NCBI GenBank assembly: GCA_000025185.1
Contig: CP001848.1
Span: 1,470,001-1,502,000 of the forward strand
DNA: 32,000 bases
DNA from: Pirellula staleyi DSM 6068
Lineage (GTDB): Bacteria > Planctomycetota > Planctomycetia > Pirellulales > Pirellulaceae
Direction: 5' to 3'
The position numbers were made by a program, and so were the translations under genes. Position 1 is the first letter of the stretch, and each line of letters starts with the position of its first letter. The notes beneath the pieces are model-generated. The model searched no databases and was not told the origin of the DNA. It saw only the letters and a program-made list of their open reading frames with translations. Below are positions 19,153 to 25,700 of this stretch, piece after piece.

Positions 19153-19436
19153 GACGATCAAAGAAACAAGTCTTTCAGGAATTTAGCTTCGTATCGCTAC
19201 ATCTCTCATCGGACGAGTGTGCGGATTAGCGCGGCTGCGGCGCGTAAGTGTGACGATTTAGGTCGGTTTCCTCGGCTACGTACCACGCTGCCCAAGATCT
19301 CGCTCTGGATGCTCACCTTCAATTCAAGATTCTGCTCCGATCGGGCAATTCTTTCGTGCGTGTGGGGCGCTGCTAGCCGTCATACTGAATTTTCCGACCG
19401 CGAGCCTACGCGCCTTGACCGATCGATCGAAAACTC

Positions 19437-21920
19437 ATGACTGCGAAAACCAAACTTGAAATCGCTCTCCTCTTGCCCAAGGTGCTCGATGCGCGGGATG
19501 CCTGCATCCAGCGACTTAGCGATTTGCTGAAAGGGAAAGAGGGGATCGAGACTGCGCATCTGGTGGAACATGCAGCCCAAGGTCGCGACGAGATTTGCAT
19601 CCACTACGATCCTCAGCGACTCTCGCTAGGTGCAGTGCGAGACTTGGCCCGACGTGCCGGTGCGCAGCTCGATCAGCGGTATGGCCATCTTCTGCTGAGC
19701 GCGGAAACGATGTACGCCCAGCAGGCACTAACGGCAGAGGCGCGAGCGCGACAACTCCCCGGAGTGCTCGATGCCGCAATCTCTCCCTCCGGCGCGCTGC
19801 GCATCGAATTCGATCGTCATGCCACCGACGATCAAGCCATCCTGGCGGGACTACGAACGCTGGGTCTACGAATCATCGAGCCGCAGGCCAAGGCAGCTCC
19901 AGCCGAGAGTCACGCAGCAGTCGCTAGGCCGCACCTAGGCCAGCACGATCACAAACAGGAACACGAACATCGGCGTTTTTTTGGCGAGCGAACCGAGCTA
20001 ATCTTCGCCTTGATCTGCGGTGGACTTTTGCTCGGTGGTTGGTTGCTGTCAACCTTCGCTTCCTTCAGTCCCTGGGTACCCATCGGCATCTTTCTGGCGG
20101 CCTATTTTTTCGGCGGCTTCTTCACGCTGCTCGAAGCTATCAAGAGCATCCGTGTAGGACGATTTGAGATCGATTTTCTGATGCTGGTGGCTGCTATCGG
20201 CGCGGCGACGCTCGGGGAATGGGCAGAAGGTGCCCTACTGCTCTTCTTGTTCAGCCTCGGTCACGCGCTCGAGCACTATGCGATGGGTCGCGCGAAGCGT
20301 GCCATCGAAGCATTAGCCGAGCTTGCTCCGCAAATTGCCTTGGTTCGGCGCGATAACAAGACCGAAGAAGTCGCTGTGCAGCAACTCCGACTGGCCGATG
20401 TCGTCGTCATTAAACCGAACGAACGGATTCCAGCCGATGGGTTCGTGATCCTGGGGGAAGGAAGCGTCAATCAGGCCCCGATCACTGGCGAAAGCGTGCC
20501 GGTTGAAAAACGCCCTGTGGAAGATATTCCTCAGGCCGCTGCTAACCCCGATCGACTCGAGTCGCAGCACCGAGTTTTTGCGGGCACAATCAACGGCAGT
20601 GGTTCGCTCGAAATCCAGGTCACGAAACTTTCTGGCGACTCGACACTCGCTCGAGTCGTGAAAATGGTGAAAGAGGCGGAGACGCAAAAGTCCCCCACGC
20701 AGCGGTTCACCGATAACTTCGAGCGCTACTTTGTCCCCGCAGTGCTCGGCACGGTCACGCTACTTCTATTCGCTTGGGTCGTTATCGACGAGCCCTTTAG
20801 CATGTCGTTCTATCGCGCCATGGCGGTGCTGGTCGCAGCAAGTCCCTGTGCGCTGGCGATCTCGACTCCCAGCGCCGTTCTCAGCGGAGTAGCTCGCGCG
20901 GCTCGCGGTGGAGTACTGGTGAAAGGTGGCGCTCCGCTCGAAAACTTGGGAAGACTAAGTTCTATCGCTTTTGACAAGACTGGCACTTTGACCGAAGGAA
21001 AGCCACGCCTGACCGATGTCGTCTGCTCTGCCGGTGTCACTGAAAACGAATTACTGCAAGTGGCGGTGGCTGTGGAGAGCCTGAGCGATCATCCACTCGC
21101 CGCTGCTGTTGTGCTGGGAGGGAAAGCACGCCTAAGAAGTGATCCTGTTCTGGCGGCGCAAGACGTGCAAAGCATCACGGGACGTGGAGTCAAAGCCACG
21201 GTGGATGGTCAGCAGATTTACATTGGCAAAGAGCGCTTATTCGCCGAAGTCGAGGGAACACCGCTACCCGAATTCTTGCGAGCAGCAGACGACCAGCTAA
21301 AAGCGAGCGGCCGCACAACCATGATCGTTCGTCGCGGCGATTCCTACCTCGGGGTGTTAGGCTTGATGGACACTCCCCGAGAAGCTGCCAGACAGGTTAT
21401 TCGTCGTTTGCACACGCTGGGAATCAAGCGAATGATCATGCTGTCGGGCGACAATCAGCAAGTTGCTAGTGCCGTGGCCACAGCGGTCGGTATCGACGAA
21501 GCCCAGGGTGACTTGATGCCCGATGCGAAGGTCGCAGCGATCAAAAAGTTGAACCTTGCTGGTGGTGTGGCGATGGTAGGAGACGGTGTGAACGACGCCC
21601 CGGCCATGGCCAATGCCACGGTGGGCATTGCGATGGGAGCAGCTGGCTCCGACGTGGCGCTCGAAACAGCCGACGTCGCTTTGATGTCCGACGATCTCAA
21701 CCATCTACCGTTCGCTGTCGGCCTAAGTCGTCAAACGAGCCGCATCATTCGGCAGAATCTTTGGCTCAGCCTCGGAATGGTCGCTTTCCTCGTTCCCGCA
21801 ACGATCCTTGGACTCCGCTTAGGACCCGCCGTCTTGCTGCACGAAGGATCGACACTTCTCGTCGTACTCAATGCGTTGCGTCTGCTGGCGTATCAAGACT
21901 CCTCAGCTCCAGCTCCATAA
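19437..21920 (+). CDS. Heavy-metal translocating P1B-type ATPase, P1B-4-like (SPC motif)
   Basis: Motifs: FDKTGTLTEG, GDGVNDAPA, TGES, transmembrane AASPCALAISTP (SPC rather than CPC), and last-TM HEGSTLLVVLNALRLL. There is a His-rich stretch HLGQHDHKQEHEH before TM1. The N-terminal ~150 aa form two HMA-like folds with degenerate CxxC. Confidence 0.9.
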   Translation: MTAKTKLEIALLLPKVLDARDACIQRLSDLLKGKEGIETAHLVEHAAQGRDEICIHYDPQRLSLGAVRDLARRAGAQLDQRYGHLLLSAETMYAQQALTAEARARQLPGVLDAAISPSGALRIEFDRHATDDQAILAGLRTLGLRIIEPQAKAAPAESHAAVARPHLGQHDHKQEHEHRRFFGERTELIFALICGGLLLGGWLLSTFASFSPWVPIGIFLAAYFFGGFFTLLEAIKSIRVGRFEIDFLMLVAAIGAATLGEWAEGALLLFLFSLGHALEHYAMGRAKRAIEALAELAPQIALVRRDNKTEEVAVQQLRLADVVVIKPNERIPADGFVILGEGSVNQAPITGESVPVEKRPVEDIPQAAANPDRLESQHRVFAGTINGSGSLEIQVTKLSGDSTLARVVKMVKEAETQKSPTQRFTDNFERYFVPAVLGTVTLLLFAWVVIDEPFSMSFYRAMAVLVAASPCALAISTPSAVLSGVARAARGGVLVKGGAPLENLGRLSSIAFDKTGTLTEGKPRLTDVVCSAGVTENELLQVAVAVESLSDHPLAAAVVLGGKARLRSDPVLAAQDVQSITGRGVKATVDGQQIYIGKERLFAEVEGTPLPEFLRAADDQLKASGRTTMIVRRGDSYLGVLGLMDTPREAARQVIRRLHTLGIKRMIMLSGDNQQVASAVATAVGIDEAQGDLMPDAKVAAIKKLNLAGGVAMVGDGVNDAPAMANATVGIAMGAAGSDVALETADVALMSDDLNHLPFAVGLSRQTSRIIRQNLWLSLGMVAFLVPATILGLRLGPAVLLHEGSTLLVVLNALRLLAYQDSSAPAP

Positions 21921-22380
21921 GTAGATGTTAAATGCTTCCCAGATTGGTCTGCTTATAATTATTGAAATCACCACTCTATAGTAGGGAATGCAATTTCTCC
22001 CAACTATTGAACCTCGACAAGCAATTGCTGGCAACGAAACCTCCTGCTTGAAGATGCAGGTGTGTTGTCCTATTGGATGTATACGTTGCCTCGTGGACAG
22101 GGTCCATGGACAATGCCATCCTGGATGGGCTCCTATGTTTTTGAGCTTCAGCTTGACCCGGACGAACAAGATTGATTTGTGGTCGGTAGAAACCAGTTTG
22201 GGTAGTGTAGGAGTCCGATTGCGGTTTTCTTTGGTAGGAAGAAAGCAACTCTCATAAATATTATTATGAGAAAAGCCATTGCCTTGCCAGCGCTGGGCTT
22301 TACACTTCAGCCGGTAGTGATGTTGGATGACTAGGCGAACAAAACCCCGTGTACGGCGGGGGTTTGATTGAAAAGTAAGC

Positions 22381-22430
22381 CGGCGCGATGAGGTACCCAT
22401 CGGTATTTTTATCGCGTCGTTTTTTGTTTT
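22381..22430 (+). terminator. Intrinsic-terminator-like hairpin in the ATPase/adhesin spacer
   Basis: CGGCGCGAU (22381-22389) pairs with AUCGCGUCG (22411-22419) over 9 bp, including one G.U. The loop is 21 nt and is followed by UUUUUUGUUUU (22420-22430). Confidence 0.55.
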
Positions 22431-22499
22431 CTGCACCGGTTGCTGCGCGCATTGCTCTGCGAAAGATCAATGCGAGTGACCTGCTTGGAAGAAGTGGGT

Positions 22500-22609
22500 A
22501 GTCGTCGGGTGACTGAATAAAGGGCAGCTCGGGAATGCCGGGTGGCCCGTTAATAAGTTAGCCGATGTGGTGAGATACTCGTTGAGTATGCCGCTACGTC
22601 GGCTTTTTT
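22500..22609 (+). ncRNA. Candidate structured RNA element, copy A (three helices, ends in an intrinsic terminator)
   Basis: Aligns along its whole length with 29419-29523. Conserved blocks are AGTC..GGGWGACT, TAAA, TGCCGGG, GTTAATA, GCCGAYGTG and ACGTCGGC followed by T6-7. Helix P2 is GGGC/GCCC here versus TAGCCG/CGGCTA in copy B. The terminator stem is 22561-22572 / 22592-22603 with a U tract at 22604-22609. Confidence 0.45.
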
Positions 22610-22789
22610 GCGCGCTGGTGCAAGTCTTTAAGTTGAACCATCCCAGAAGGCTAGCGCAAATATCAAAGGAGTGGAGTCCACTCTCGTTCATCGAATGCTA
22701 TGGAGATTGACTGGCGGCGTCAGCATATTGCGGCGCGCAGGGTGGTTATCGATCCCTTCGGCTGAAGGCGCTCGACCTGGAGCTGTAAC

Positions 22790-25700
22790 ATGGTTATGCA
22801 AAAAATCGCCGGTCTCATTGGGAAAGTTTGGTCTCGTCAACAGACACGCCGAACACGGAGCACCAAACCGATAGCCCGGCGACTAGGGTTTCTATGTCTC
22901 GAAGACCGCCGCATGCTGGCGGGGATTCTGGGGACAGCGGAGGGGTTCGCAGTTTTAGCAGGTTCGACCGTCACAAATACGGGGCCCTCTATCATCAGCG
23001 GCAACGTGGGACTCAGCCCAGGGACTGCGATTGTCGGTTTTCCACCTGGGATTGTCATCCCTCCCGGCGTCATTCATGCAACGGATGCTGTGGCGCTACA
23101 AGCTCAAAGCGATGTCGTGATTGCGTACAACGATCTTGCCGGCCGGGCATCCGACTTTGATTTGACAGGTCAAGACCTGGGGGGACTAACACTCGTACCA
23201 GGTGTCTACACCTTTTCGTCGTCGGCTCAATTGACCGGGATGCTGACGCTTGATGGCCAAGGAGACCCCGACGCCGAGTTCATTTTTCAAATCGGCAGCA
23301 TGCTGACGACGGCAAGCGCTTCTTCCGTGATCATGATCAACGGTGCCGACAGTTGTGACGTCTATTGGCAGGTTGGGAGTTCCGCAACGCTCGGAACCGG
23401 TACAGATTTCGTCGGGAGCATCGTCGCCCTGACTAGCATCACTCTCACCACGGAAGCCTCGATCCTGAATGGCCGAGCGTTGGCCCGAAATGGGGCTGTG
23501 ACGCTCGACTCCAACGAGATTTCCATCGACGGCTGCGGCGACATAGCCTGGGAAAAGCGCGACGAAGCTGGCACGCTCCTGGGGGGAGCAGTCTTTACGA
23601 TCACCCCCGATCCCACCGATGGCATCGGCATTTTGACAATCGTCGATAACGGTCCCGGTGATGCTGACCCCGCGCTCGGGCAATTCCTCGTCGATGGCGC
23701 TCTGTTTGGAACCTACACCGTTACCGAAACGGCGGCCCCACTTGGTTATGCGATCGATGCCGACCCAACCCGCGTCATCGTCGTGACTCCAGCTGAAATG
23801 CATCCGACGATCGGTGTGCAAGGGACCGACGATGCGGGCGTGACCGACGAATCGGACTTCCACAACAGTTTGCTTCCCATTGAAGTAGGGAGTATCGCTT
23901 GGGAAAAGCGCGTCGCGAGCGGTGTGCTGCTGGGTGGCGCGATCTTCACGATCACCCCCGATCCACTCGACGGCGTGGGGATTCTCACGATCCTCGATAA
24001 CGGCCCCGGCGATGCCGACCCCGCGCTCGGTCAAATCCTGGTCCTTAACACGCTGCCCGGCAGCTATACCGTGACTGAAACCGTGGCTCCACTGGGCTAC
24101 AGTCTCGATGGCGATATCACGCGCATCGTGGTGGTAACCGATGGTGGACTGACGCAAGTGATCGGCGTGCAAGGGACCGACGATGCGGGCGTGACCGACG
24201 AGTCCGACTTCCACAACAGTTTGCTGCCGATTGAAGTAGGGAGCATCGCTTGGGAAAAGCGCGACGCGAGTGGTGTGCTGCTGGGTGGCGCGATCTTCAC
24301 GATCACCCCCGATCCGCTCGACGGCGTGGGGATTCTCACGATCCTCGATAACGGTCCCGGCGATGCTGACCCTGCGCTCGGTCAAATCCTGGTCCTCAAT
24401 ACGCTGCCCGGCACCTACACCGTGACCGAAACCGTGGCTCCACTGGGATACGGACTCGATGGCGATATCACACGCATCGTGGTCGTAACTGTCGGCGGAC
24501 TGACGCAGGTGATCGGCGTGCAAGGTGCGAATGATCCGGGTGTGACCGACGAGTCCGACTTCCACAACAGTTTGCTGCCGATTGAAGTAGGGAGCATCGC
24601 TTGGGAGAAGCGCGATGCCAGTGGTGTGCTGCTAGGCGGCGCGATCTTCACGATCACCCCCGATCCACTCGACGGCGTGGGGATTCTCACGATCCTCGAT
24701 AACGGCCCCGGCGATGCCGACCCCGCGCTCGGTCAAATCCTGGTCCTCAACACGCTGCCCGGCAGCTATACCGTGACTGAAACCGTGGCTCCACTGGGCT
24801 ACAGTCTCGATGGCGATATCACGCGCATCGTGGTGGTAACCGTTGGCGGACTGACGCAGGTGATCGGCGTGCAAGGTGCGAATGATCCGGGAGTAACGGA
24901 CGAATCGGACTTCCACAACAGTTTGCTGCCGATTGAAGTAGGGAGCATTGCCTGGGAAAATCGCGACGCGAGTGGTGTGCTGCTGGGTGGCGCGATCTTC
25001 ACGATCACCCCCGATCCGCTCGATGGCGTGGGGATTCTCACGATCCTCGATAACGGTCCCGGCGATGCCGACCCTGCGCTCGGTCAAATTTTGGTCCTCA
25101 ACACGCTGCCCGGCACCTACACCGTCACGGAGACCGCAGCGCCACTGGGGTACGGTCTCGATGGCGATATCACGCGCATCGTGGTGGTAACCGTTGGCGG
25201 ACTGACGCAGGTGATCGGTGTGCAAGGCGCGAATGATCCGGGTGTGACCGACGAGTCCGACTTCCACAATAGTTTGCTACCGATTGAAGTAGGGAGTATC
25301 GCTTGGGAAAAGCGCGACACGAGTGGTGTGCTGCTGGGTGGCGCGATCTTCACGATCACCCCCGATCCACTCGACGGCGTGGGGATTCTCACGATCCTCG
25401 ACAACGGCCCCGGCGATGCTGACCCTGCGCTCGGTCAAATCCTGGTCCTCAATACCCTGCCCGGCACCTACACCGTGACCGAAACAACGGCGCCGCTCGG
25501 CTATGTGCTCGATACCGATGCGACTCGGGTCGTCATTGTGACTGTCGGCGGGCTCACCCAGGTGATCGGTGTGCAAGGGACCGATGATGCCGGAGTGACC
25601 GACGAATCGGATTTCCACAATCGTCGATCGAACGTGATCATCATTGGACCAGGAAAGAGTCCCCAGACGCCGCAGCAAGTCACCGTGATTGACGAGTCGA

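Noticed and set aside
19420-19429. CGATCGATCG palindrome just upstream of the ATPase start codon
   Set aside because: It is a low-complexity GATC reiteration. Symmetry is expected for such a simple repeat, so it is not enough to call an operator.
21903-22436. 177-aa minus ORF and 89-aa Cys-containing plus ORF (21988..22257) in the AT-rich spacer
   Set aside because: The minus ORF overlaps the ATPase 3' end and runs through terminator-like hairpins, with K/R-rich, low-information sequence. The plus ORF has AGGGA abutting its ATG (no usable spacing) and no recognisable family. Neither has support beyond being open.
23543-25648. Regularly spaced repeats that could suggest a CRISPR array or satellite
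   Set aside because: The period is 351 bp, a multiple of 3, with no short unique spacers. The repeats are in frame within a long ORF and encode an Ig-like (SpaA/Cna-B-type) domain. No cas genes are present.
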